Source: Dicyema japonicum (Eukaryota > Animalia > Dicyemida). From it: 64,000 nt of DNA. The first letter of the stretch is position 1. Each line of letters opens with the position of its first letter. Both the position numbers and the translations under genes were made by a program. This document shows positions 52,001 through 63,200 of this stretch, in pieces. The notes beneath the pieces were generated by a model. That model saw only the letters and a program-made list of their open reading frames with translations. It searched no databases and had not been told where the DNA came from. The DNA lies in assembly GCA_011109175.1 (NCBI GenBank), contig RDEW01000016.1:422811-486810 (forward strand), in the 5' to 3' direction.

Positions 52001-53499
52001 AAAAAATGAAAAGAGTAATAATAAAATTACTATTGATACTTATTATGTGGGGTAGTGGAGATACAAAAAGTTGAGAAACGTGGAACTGTCTGGGAGACAC
52101 TGGAAACCTAAATTTCCCAACAAAAAATGTCGGATGCACAAAATATTTGAATAAATCTCATCCAGCTTAAACTGAAAGAGCTATGGGGTCATCTATCAGA
52201 AACTGACGTATCGGACTCCATGTACGACTAGTGATACTCTGATTCACTATTTAACGGCATAAATGATATGATAGCTGTTAAGGCAACATAGTAGGATGGA
52301 GAAATCGGTTCCTATGGCAACTTTAGATTCCCCTTGTATTTTGCAGTAATACAGTCGAGACTAATATAAGTAGCTATAAACTGTAAATAATTGAATCAAA
52401 TTAACTTAGTTATTAGCCCCGACCTCGCCACCTTGTAGGAGGCTCGCCGTCCTAGGTGCTACACGCTTCCTCAAGTCTTCGATGTTAACCGGAGGTCGTG
52501 GGCAGGAGAAAGCTACCCGTTTCCTCATTGATAGTTGGTCCGGTGATGAAGCTACAAACCCGACTGGTCTCTAAGGAAGAAGCGTCCAGAAGTTGCTCTA
52601 GGGTCCTTCTTGTTTCCCTGTCGAAGGTAGTCTCCGAGTCATCCACTAACGTGGGAGAGCCATCCAAAAGATAGATTAACTTAGTTGATTTTTATTTGAA
52701 TAAAAAATTAAGAAAATCTAAATATGAAAATAATAAATTCTCAAATAGAAAATTGGAACACATCAGAGACAATTCGTTGCGGGTTTAAATTGTGCTATAA
52801 AATCGACGATCCTAATTTTAGCCTCTGATATAGGAAACTTGTTCATGAGATCTCCAAGGGTCGGACACAACTTAACTGGATAACATTACATAATAACGAA
52901 ATTCTTGAAAATATATTAATAATACAGCATTCAGATGAACAGGGAAATCCTCTCAAAATTGAGGATTCTTTAAATATTAAATACACGGAAAATGAAAAAT
53001 TTTTTGATAAATGAAAATTCTTTAGAAGATTCAGAAAATAGTGAACAAGAATCTAATAAAATAAGACATGTAGACAAAAAGGATTCTTCGTTCACAGTTT
53101 TTTCAAAATTATTGATTTTATTTTTTTTAAATTTGCCACAAATTTCTGAGGAACCAAAAATGGCCAATTTGCGAGGGTCGAGTGTACTATCAAAATACAG
53201 AGCCAATCTTATTTCCGACAAGAGCTGTACAGGATTCCCAACCCTAAAAGACTCGTACTCTCCCCTATCTCTTGGGAACGTGGACAGGTCCTTAGTTTAA
53301 AAGATGAAAAAAATTAGTGATTATAATGGAGTTTTTTGTCAACAAAAGTCAAAAATTTGTTTGAGGGTATTGGATGTCATTTTACTTCCTCCTACGATTC
53401 CCGAACAGTTTAGAAAATATAAGGCAAAGGTATTTTGACAAAGGCTATTTTTGAGATTTTATTTGAATTTATTGTAGAACTGAGTTTTTGGTTTGATCT

Positions 53500-55250
53500 A
53501 CAAAACCGATATTTAATAATAAATAAAATTATTTTAAAGACCAAGGGTAAAACCAAACTAACAATTCTTTTGATCCTGACGCGTTCAAGCCGAACCTTCA
53601 CCCAAGAACAGTGATCCAGGAGACGTTGTCCGGGGAGCTGAGGTTGATTTCAGAGCTTGTACTCAGGGAACAAAATTGACTCCTAATAGAATGAATAGTT
53701 GAATAGTTAGATCCTCTTGATTGCCAGACAGGCATTGGGCGTCTCCTTAGTAAAGTGGATCCAATGACGCCATCAGGGGAAGGGAAGGAAAAATTTTCAC
53801 AAAACGCTCGACTCCGTTTCTAGGAAAAACTTAACTTGGAAAATATTCCAATCGGAAATCCTTGGAATCATAAAACCTTAGTTGGCTAACTTTTTAGCCG
53901 TGTTTTTTTGAATCATTGATTTTTATCGGCTTAAATGGAATAAAAATTTAATTTTTTAATTTTTATTCATGAATCCAAGACCACAATTAAATCCCAGAAC
54001 GAAGTGATCCCAGTATAACCCAACGGTGTTTTAGCTTAAACGATGATCCGTATCGAACCCACACTTTTTGTACGCTGAATTCAGGACTGGGTGGTTTCGG
54101 GACTCCATTAGAGGCTTTTCAGAAGGTTGGATATTTTGTACACTTCGACGTGTTGTCGGAAGAATCCGTGATGTCCACCTTAAATCCCTTGAACAAACAC
54201 GGCGATATTTCTTTCCGTTTTACCGTTTTATGGAGAGAAATTGAATTGTTTTTTTTGAGATCCTCCGAGAGCATTTTGTTTGAAGTTTTATAATAACCGA
54301 CACAACCCGGTTTTGAAGATAGTCGTAGTCGATCAAGTCGTCCATTGTTGTGTGACACGACAAGAGAGCTAACCTTTTGTTCCGAGTGAAAGAGAATCCG
54401 TTTGTCCTTCAGAGAACTTTGTCGCCACGAGATAAATTTAAGTCTTACAGGACGATTCAATATGAGATTATAAACTTCAAGAATCCTCATGGCCTCGTGT
54501 GTTCATCCTTCTGACAGGTCACAGTGTATCGAATTTCGAATCGTTGTTTGGTGGAGACAGTAAATGCGTGTTTCTTGCATTTGTGCCCATGGGAGTGTTC
54601 TTTAAAGTCAACCGTTAAGGTCCAGGAGGTTAATTTGGGTATTTTATTTCAGGGTAAATGTGAGGGACTTTTTATTTCCCTCTCCCTGAGGGTACTTTTG
54701 TGTCTAGGGGTGAACCACAGTAGGTGACCCTCATGGTAATCGAAGAGACTGCCTTCTCAATACACTAAGGTCGATATCCGAGCCGCCTTGGGAATCCCAA
54801 TTAAGAGCTTTAGTAGAGAAGGCAGGTTAGAGATTAGGTCGTTTAGGTTCTGATGGTCCTAGCAAATTTAGTCAAAAATCCCTTCTTTCCCGGTTTATTT
54901 CTTGAGCTCCCCCAACTTATAGCTCAATGTAAATTTATTGACGATTCCAAATGAATTTAAAAGACTAGAAAATTTTACCAAGAAATTGAAGACCACATCC
55001 AGTCTTAGCAGTTGTGGAACCCCTCTAATGAAGTGGAGGAGCTAATAATCCCTATTTATGCCATCCCAGCATTGGGGTAAGTTAATCAAGTTGATCACAT
55101 GACACCACTATAGTAAAACGGGAGAAGACAAGGAACATAGAAAAGGAAAAGAACTGTTCAACAAGCAACTAGCGGGAGATTCTAATCAAGAACATATGTA
55201 ATTTAGCCTCTCCAATAAATGCGTATTAAAGCTAAAGATCGGGGACACTT
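53500..55250 (-). mobile_element. LINE debris including two 3' ends (about 53500-53800 and 53960-54030)
   Basis: Family tail tttggttttacccttggtcttt, gggatcacttcg, and DNA match to 24420-24720. Confidence 0.55.
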
Positions 55251-55378
55251 AAAATAACATATGTCCTACCTCTGAGGGGTTTAGATTCAGCTTATTTTTA
55301 AGATTTATTAGTGACTCTCAAAATATGACTGAATATTTATGGAGCTACCCCCAATAAATAGGCATTTCTCTGATCGAA

Positions 55379-55759
55379 TTAAATTTTAAACAGAGTTGGG
55401 GGTAAATACATAAAACGTTCCCTAATTCTCGTAATTTTCCAATCCACTATCAATTCCGTGGGAATTGGGTTGGTGGCGAAGAACATGTTGTTTGGCGAAT
55501 AGAAAATAATGGACTTGCCCCATACATTTTTACAAAAACAGGCTGAGAAAATGTAAGCGGTAGAACCTGAAGGGACAATAATACTGGGATCATTGAACGC
55601 GTTCATCGTCTCACGTAAATATAACATCTCCCCATTCTTTGTCCCTCTTCAATAATCTCGTAACGGCACACCCACGTGCACGAAGCCGAATGGAACCTCC
55701 AATCGATATAAAATGAATAATTGGCTATTATGTAATTTCACGTAAAAGTTGTGCAACAT
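55379..55759 (-). CDS. Small ORF with one in-frame TGA; weak resemblance to the Tpt1/KptA (ART-fold) C-terminal domain
   Basis: FVHVG...LYLRET..A...IIFYSPNNMFFATNPIPTELI resembles the KptA pattern FY.S.NGV.LT..IP...I. TGA at 55649-55651. Confidence 0.3.
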
Positions 55760-56544
55760 TTAATATAAAGCTCACGAGGACGATCGCTTGTCGCTAACTT
55801 CAGTTCAACTTCACACGTAAACAGAGAATCAACATCATCAGACATTTTCAAAACTACTCACAGTACCTTCATTCGAACAGACATACTCTATAATCTCCTA
55901 CATAACCAGCCTCCTTACAATTCATGAGTTAACAACAAATTATAAAACAGGGAGTTTGTTTTCAGAACTCACAAAAATTGATATATTCAGATAAAGTGAA
56001 TGACACCTCCCACTCGTACATTCAGCCTCTTGAGAAGCCCATAGTGAGGAGTTACGTAATATTTCGATAATATTAATGATTCCCTGATTACTCAATATTC
56101 TACGACAAATAGTTTCATGATGGCCCCAAATTCACCCATTTTCCAATCATAAGAAAATTCAAAAAATGGGGATAAACTTACATTATTATGTTAACAGCTG
56201 ATTCGTGGAATATTCTGGATAAACACTCAATTTTGAGATTAACTGGCTCTCATTGGCTTGATCTAAATATTATTGACCTGACGTTCATTTTATGCTAAAT
56301 ACCCGGACTCAAGTACTTGCAACCCACGTGTTCATGGATTTATGCAGACATCGTCCATCATGGAGTCATCTGAGCTGCTACAATATCCTTCAAATCTCCC
56401 AGTCGAGTGTCGGGAAACCGAAAATGTCTCACCATACATTTTTTGGGTAATAGCGTCCTTTGTAAAATCTTTGAGTAAAATATAAATATACATAAAATTT
56501 CCCGCCGCTTTCAACTGGCAATGTAAACACCGGGAGGTACTTTT

Positions 56545-56810
56545 ATTATTAGCACTTTCACGAGAGCCATAATGTTTATCTGTTCTTAGCCAGATCCTTC
56601 AGTGTGTCCACCTCGTCACCAGATGGCAATGTTTTCTTCAAGGCTTTCAGATCGTTTTGTAAAACGACTGGGAGGGTTGTTCTCGGTCTTCCACGAAAGC
56701 GTTTTATTGGAGGGGTAGTAGTAATATTCCATTGTGATATTCAGAGGAGATATCGGGTCTAACCTAAGGACGTGTTCAAAAAGTCTCCAACGAGAACTAG
56801 TGATTTCGGT
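56545..56810 (-). mobile_element. RTE-like C-terminal fragment
   Basis: SRWRLFEHVLRLD, FRGRPRTTLP. Confidence 0.75.
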
Positions 56811-57096
56811 ATGAGAGTATTAATTCAAAATTCAATTTATTTTTGACATTTTAACAATAAATTTTTTTAATTTAATAAAATTTATTATTTAAAAACAAAC
56901 AGTGAACGATTAGTAGAAGATCCTTTCAGTCAAACCTGGTCGCTTTCAAAATTGAAAACCCATTTCTCTTGACGATTTGTAAAAAAATGCGCTCAATAAA
57001 CCAGATCCTCTCTCTAATATCTTTCTTCCTTCCGATAGGTGATCTGATACGGTTCAACGTGGTAATGATCTGCTTCCAAAACCAAGAATTGGGTGT

Positions 57097-57358
57097 AAAA
57101 AATGAACAATGCCGATTTTTTAAATGTTATTATAAAATTTTTTTAAATAAAATTTTGAATTTTTTATTCTTTCGGGAAGATTCCAACCTCCTGAAAGAAG
57201 GCAACTGACTTCATTTCAGAATGTGGTAGTTGTAGTCCTTCAGTTTTGAATATTTTCGCATAACAACTGTATCACTCATCCCCACAAGCCGGTAAAAAAT
57301 TTAAAATTTTATTTAAAAAATTATAATAACATTAAAAAATCGGCATTGTTCATTTTTT
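57097..57358. repeat. AT-rich inverted repeat with about 65-bp arms and a 130-bp spacer
   Basis: aaaaatgaacaatgccgatttttta.atgttattataa... versus ...ttataataacattaaaaaatcggcattgttcattttt. Confidence 0.8.
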
Positions 57359-58394
57359 AATTTTAGATCTAATATTCAAAAAAATTCATTAATTCATTTA
57401 GAGCCTTATTTCGTGAAGCATGTATTGCAAAAGTACCAAATACAGTATTAAATATAAGGTAAAAATTTGGAAAAATTCTTATTCAAAGTGAGTTCTTGTT
57501 ACTTTAAGTTGTCGCAAAGAAGCCTAATTAACTTTTTGACTTCTGGGAAGTGCTTATAATAATAAATTATCCTTTCTTGAAAAATGGCATTTTATGGCAA
57601 AAGATTGCTTATTTATTACGATCAATATTGACGATCCTAGATATTTAACTAATAACCCCGGATATACTGGAAAGAGATCAAGAGATAAGTAACGTCTAAT
57701 TATGACATACCCAGTTCTCACGGTCTGAATGGGAAGTATTTTTCCAAACATTACGTCTCAGCCATTTTGGAACCCCATCAGGATACCAACAGGCTACAAG
57801 TTCCCAGATCATTCTTGAATGCTGGTCAGGCACTCGACTTCTAATAAAGGTGAATCACATAGGAATTTAATAAAGAACAGAGCAAAACGGAATCCTTCGA
57901 TCAGGTGGGTGGTAATTGATCCCACAGTGACAGCACTAACTGTCTACCTGATCGGTCCTAGATAACCACTTTCCTGTTCCCGATGAATCTACAAACACAG
58001 CTTCCATCGTCCCATGTTGAATTGTAATTGATCAATTCATTGCTCAAATTATTAAACAGACAGCATCCCCCAATATCGACACCAATCTCCACTAAGACCC
58101 AATGTGACCATTCCATAGATTACTCGCACTGAATATAATCTCCGTAAGACAATTCCTTCCAGGAGTATTCTGATTGTGCCACCCCGAATTGCTCACAGCA
58201 CTGTCCCAGATAGCCCGTTGATTCCGAGACCACCAAACTCTATATTTGCAAGAATCCATCGACTGGTGCTTGTTTAAGACTGTGCTCGAAAGCCACTCTC
58301 CGGACCTAATCCATGGTTCCCATAATGGAATACATTTGCATAATCTAATTTTCATAAAAACAAGAATTAACAAGGTTGTCATAAATAAATCATT

Positions 58395-59314
58395 TTATGG
58401 GCAGCAGGAGACATACGCAGGGAGCTCTGTGAAAAGTCTATAAAGGCCGAAGGTACGACATTGAAAGACACTCAGTTTTATGTTGTTTTTCATGATTTTA
58501 AGTCCCTCGCTGGAGTACATGGCGTAGATCAACTGCTCATCAGTCCCAATCAGATTCCTAGAAACCATCTTGTTAAAGAACTGTTCATAGGCATCACAAA
58601 ATGCTGAAATTGGGTCAAAATGGCCTACCAAAGTACCTCCAGCTACCCAGATTTTGACTTGTTTGAATATTTGCTCAATCGGCTGATCTTGAAACTTCAC
58701 AGCCTGGGTCATCATCACACGTGTCTTCTCCATAAATTCGGACGTTCTTAGCGTGTACATGCCGCTAGGCTCTGAGTGGCGAAATAAACCAACATCAACC
58801 CAGGCGATGTATGAGAATTTACCTTGGAAGAGTCTGATAGTCCGTCTGATCATGTCGTGCTTGGAATGCATGATAGCGCAGTAGTTGGGATTAACGGCCT
58901 CATCTGAGAATTTTCCGTATCCAGGCAGTGCGACTATCTGTTTTATCTCATTTATTCTCTGGAAGCCGAACAGATCAGATCTATTAACGTGCAAAAATGT
59001 GGTGGGAAGTTTTTTTCTGATTTTTTTCATATAGTTCAGGACATACTGTTCGTCCGAAAAAAAGACAAGATGGTTTTCAAAATGTTCAAAGCGGTACATC
59101 CACATGAAATATTGGCTAGTGGTTCGACGACCAGATGGTTTCATGTAATTTCCGATATTGTAGTAGGCGCTTACGAGTAGGATTTTTTCGCCATTTACTT
59201 CCTTGCTTATTACACCCTAAATTATTATGATTGGCTTACCCTGAATGTTTTGGACTGATAAATTACTACCACAAATAATATTAAAATCAGTAGGATTTTG
59301 TGTCTATTCATCAT
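58395..59314 (-). CDS. HtrL/YibB-like type II membrane protein (putative glycosyltransferase fold)
   Basis: Exon 1 MMNRHKILLILILFVVVIYQ (signal-anchor), a 23-nt intron gtaagccaatcataataatttag, then LVSAYYNIG, YCAIMHSK, YIAWVDVGLFR, VAGGTLVG, GTDEQLIYAMY. Frame intact. Confidence 0.8.
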
Positions 59315-59559
59315 TGCTGTGAAATTTAAATATTAATAATATTTTATTAAAAATAATTATTTATTTAAAACATGACTATTATTAATACCTTGTGGCGATT
59401 CGATGTTGACTTTATCTCAAGTAACAAAGATGCACCTATACGTTCCCTGGAGGTAGCATATGTTCGCCTGGCTAAGTGGTCTATATCAATGAACTCTTCG
59501 GATCCGGATGTCACTTTTGAAAGATGGATCTAAAGTCGTCCAGTTGCCAATCATTCCGA

Positions 59560-59900
59560 TTCAGGTTGTATGAGGCTTTCGTGAAACCGATCCTTACGTA
59601 TAACTCTAGAACATGGAGAATCGTCGGACAAAGGCTTGACTCCTTTTATAGAATTGACTTCGATCTCTCTTGGGATTAAAGTTCCAATGCGTGTAAGGAG
59701 TGAAGAATTGTACAAAAGATGCTCCTCTGAGCACCTGATCATGAGGATGCGTCGGAAACTATTTGGCCACGTTTTAAGAATGGAGCGACTTACGCCACCA
59801 AACATCATCGTGGAAGAATTCTTTGAAACATCTGTGAAAAGTTTCAAAGGTCGTCCCCGTACAACGCTTTCCGATGTCATTAATGGAGATTTGGGACCAA
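59560..59900 (+). mobile_element. RTE-like C-terminal fragment
   Basis: VRSEELYKR, RRKLFGHVLRM, FKGRPRTTL. Confidence 0.75.
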
Positions 59901-60059
59901 TACAAACTCGGCACGAATGGAATTATCTCCGATTTGCTAGATTCCCACTAAGTTACTTACTTGATTAAGGATTCCTTTCTGCTCTGTCACATGGGCCACC
60001 CGTTACGCATGCACGGGCACGTTCGAGGCACCGAAGGTATATGCTTTTTAAGAAGATAG

Positions 60060-60470
60060 AGAATTTTTCAATGAAAGGTGTTGTAAATGTGCAATAAATG
60101 CACAGACTGTATCTTAACTGCACTGATCCCAAGTGAGTCATATCCCTGGATAATGAATCGAAATGGAGCTCGTGGCGAAATCATTACACGAGTTTTCACA
60201 CGGTGGAGCAGAAAAGTCATTCGAAATTGTCAAGTTTGAAAATTTTAGCGTCTTTTAAAAGTTTAAGATTTCTTTAAGTGTAGATTGGAGACATAAATCA
60301 CCACGTGTTCGCTTATAATAGGTCTGAATTTAGAAATTGAGAAATAACAAAACTTTGCACTAATTTCAACATCAAACAACTAACAATCCTCGTGCACAAG
60401 GGATTGTCGAAAGAGTCAATCAAACGATAACGTGAAAGTTGTCCAAAGTGTACAACAGTGAAAAAAGTGG
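60060..60470 (+). mobile_element. Gypsy/Ginger-type integrase remnant
   Basis: CCKC zinc motif and PRAQGIVERVNQTI (catalytic Glu motif). Confidence 0.55.
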
Positions 60471-61544
60471 CTTAATTAGAAAATGCTTTGTGAAATTAAT
60501 TAAAGTTTAAATCATGTTGTGGTAGTTTTAAATATTTAGTACAAGGTTAATGTAGCGGGCTACTCATAGGTATGCGTGCCCCAGGGGTCAGTCTTAATCC
60601 AATTGTAGTAATAGGTTACATACGATTCGCTCGAAATCGATAGGTCATTGGTAAATAGTTTGTTAGGCTTCCCTGAAATCCCAATGGACAGTAAAGTACG
60701 CAACCATTCGTGGATTCACCCACAGGTCCTCCAGACGCGGATAGTTTGTGAGGATTCTCTACAAACTAATTCTCCAGCAGAGTTACATATTGGGTCTTTG
60801 ATAGACTTTATCGGCCAGACATTGGTGTCTCCTGAGACAGGTGGATCACATGGCACCTCTTAGGACCGAAGAAGGTACAGTGATGTCCAGACTATAAGCC
60901 CGAGTCCTATTCTAATGATCCTTGGAAGTGAAGTGACGATTCAAGAGTTTCTTGTTGCCTCCATGAATCTGTATTAAATGGATAAATACGCGGTCGTTAA
61001 TAGTTTCTGTCAGAGTTCGTTTTTTGGCAGAAAAGTGTTTTTCCTGAGTATTTTTTGGATCATTTAGTGTCTTACGGATGTTCTTGCGGTTATTCAATGA
61101 CAGGGTCTTCCCTTTCCTGTGTAGGTCATCAACAAGGGGTAGACTTTAAGGGACCGTTATAGTTCTTAAGGCTTAGTTTTAAACTTGCTTTATTTTTCGT
61201 AGACAATGAGTGATATTCATGAGACCCAGCCTGATGAACAATTATTAAAGGTTGTCCGATGAATTGCCCATGTAAGATGGTAAGATATTCAAGTAGTCGA
61301 CGCTCGAATGACCTGTTACTTAGGGTTGTGGTCGTTGATTCAAACAAATACTACGCTGTGATAAATTTCCAAAATTAACACATTATTGGGGATGAGTTCT
61401 GAAGAAAGTATCATCGACCAGAGGATGATGCCATATTGAGTCCTTCTTGGCATCAGGGAGTATTTATTGTACTTTTCTGCTTGATTCTGGAAAGAAGGAT
61501 AACTTAGCAAAAGTCAATTATTTTTACTGCTTTCAACAATCTTT

Positions 61545-61615
61545 ACTCGATAACGCTGTCAGTGATTAGTCACTGCGGAACAAGCACTCACGCAAGCAAA
61601 AAAGAAAAGAACGTC
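61545..61615 (+). mobile_element. tRNA-derived SINE internal fragment
   Basis: cagtgattagtcactgcggaac..actcacgcaagcaaaaagaaaag. Confidence 0.55.
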
Positions 61616-62189
61616 ACTATCATCTGTCTTGGGTTGCTGTCCCTTATTTCTTAAAGTATGAGTTCTGACTAAGCTGAGATGAGTAATGGAAGCATAACTA
61701 GTCGTCGATGGAAGGGCTGAATTAAACTAAAATTTACTAACCAATCAAAAAGGTCAGGTGGCTATGGTCCCTCTTCCTGTCTCACTGACTGCATGCTCTC
61801 AAAAGTATTTGACAAACTAGTACTTTCAATGATCACTCCGTACTCCGAAACCAAATTTCAAGACGGATATGTTCTTGGAAGATCGACATCAATGCTACAG
61901 TTTATTGTGGAAGATTTTATTGCGGCACTGATCCACACGAGGACAGCAATGGTTTCCATTGATATCGACAAGGTCTTTAACTGTCGAGAATATTTACTCC
62001 ACTAACATAAACCCGCATGTTAATCTTGCAAACTTTTTTTAAAACAGCGTGAAGTGTTTGCACAGGCAATCTCATGCCAAAGTCAGATTACGTCATACGG
62101 ACGATTCTCTTCTGTTATTTCATGCTGTTTTCAGAAAAAAATCAATCTGAATCTTCCGTTCATTGACGAAGGCGAGGATCCCATATAAG

Positions 62190-62300
62190 AAAATCCGGTT
62201 TTGCAGTGAGGTCACTGATGAGGCTTCACTCGTCAAACCGAAAAGCTTTCAATCTGAATTGACGTTAAAAAAGATTTGAATCCTAAATAAACCGATTTGT
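62190..62300 (-). mobile_element. tRNA-derived SINE fragment
   Basis: ccggttttgcagtgaggtcactgatgaggcttcactcgtcaaacc core. Confidence 0.65.
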
Positions 62301-62463
62301 TAGGCATTTATGACACTAGTTATCCGAGCTTTCGTCCCGAGATCGGACGTACTTCCTGTATCCACGAGTTACATTTGGAAATTTTGGATGCGTCCCGTTC
62401 TCTCACAAGTGCCTCGAAAAGTTGGGTCTTAGCGGCAAGGAGAAACTTTTTATAGTCCTAGAG

Positions 62464-63200
62464 CAGAGGTTGTCAAACGGTGTGCCGCGAGACAATTTCT
62501 AGTGCCAAATACAAATTTGAATAAATTTATATAACATTTTGACCTAATTAATTTAAAAAAAATAAACAAATTAAAATAATTACTAAAATTATAATCATTT
62601 TTTTATATATATTAAATGACATTTACATTGGTTAACCATTAATTATTAATTTTTTAATAACGTGCGAATCAACGTGCTTATGTGTAAATCAGTTCGTCGT
62701 TCTTATAATGATTCTTATTTGTCATTTGGATTTATATGCAAATAAAAAATAATAAACTACCTCAATGTCTAATTTGCATGAAGTCTTGGCGAATGATGCT
62801 ATGATTCCTAGCAAACTAAAGAGAAATGTTACTTCCAAGCATCCAGACTATTCCGAAAAATCTGGGATTAACTTATCCATTTGAAAAAACAACAAAGTAT
62901 TATTTAGTATTTTACTATGAATCGTAAATCTAGTCAATGATGTTCAGTGAAACTTTTGTAAACACAAAGGAATCATTGAAATGTTCATACCTGATCTCAG
63001 AATTGATAGCAAAAACAACTAAAACCTCACACAGTATTGGGGAAAATTTGATAATCCCTGCTTGTCGTATTATTGCTCGGACTATGGTCATAAATATGAA
63101 CAAAAAATAATGAAGATACCTTTCTCAGATAACACTGTTTCTCGTCGGATTTGTGCTTTGTTGGAAGAATATTGAAATAATGTTTCATTTTCTATTAAAG
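62464..63200 (+). mobile_element. hAT Buster/Charlie-type transposon 5' part, degraded transposase (ZBED5/FAM200-like)
   Basis: TIR-like CAGAGGTTGTCAAAC preceded by tccTAgag (nnnTAnnn target). PQCLIC..LANDAMIPSKLKR..KHP, SYLISELIAK, IGENLIIPAC, IPFSDNTVSRRI. Confidence 0.85.

Noticed and set aside
57040-57052. U2 snRNA-like atctgatacg
   Set aside because: No branch-point pairing GTAGTA, stem I or Sm site nearby; a chance match.
5130-62250. CTGATGA/CTGACGA in the repeated core as a hammerhead ribozyme
   Set aside because: No GAAA follows a stem II in the consensus and stem I does not close. The repeat is explained as a tRNA-derived SINE.
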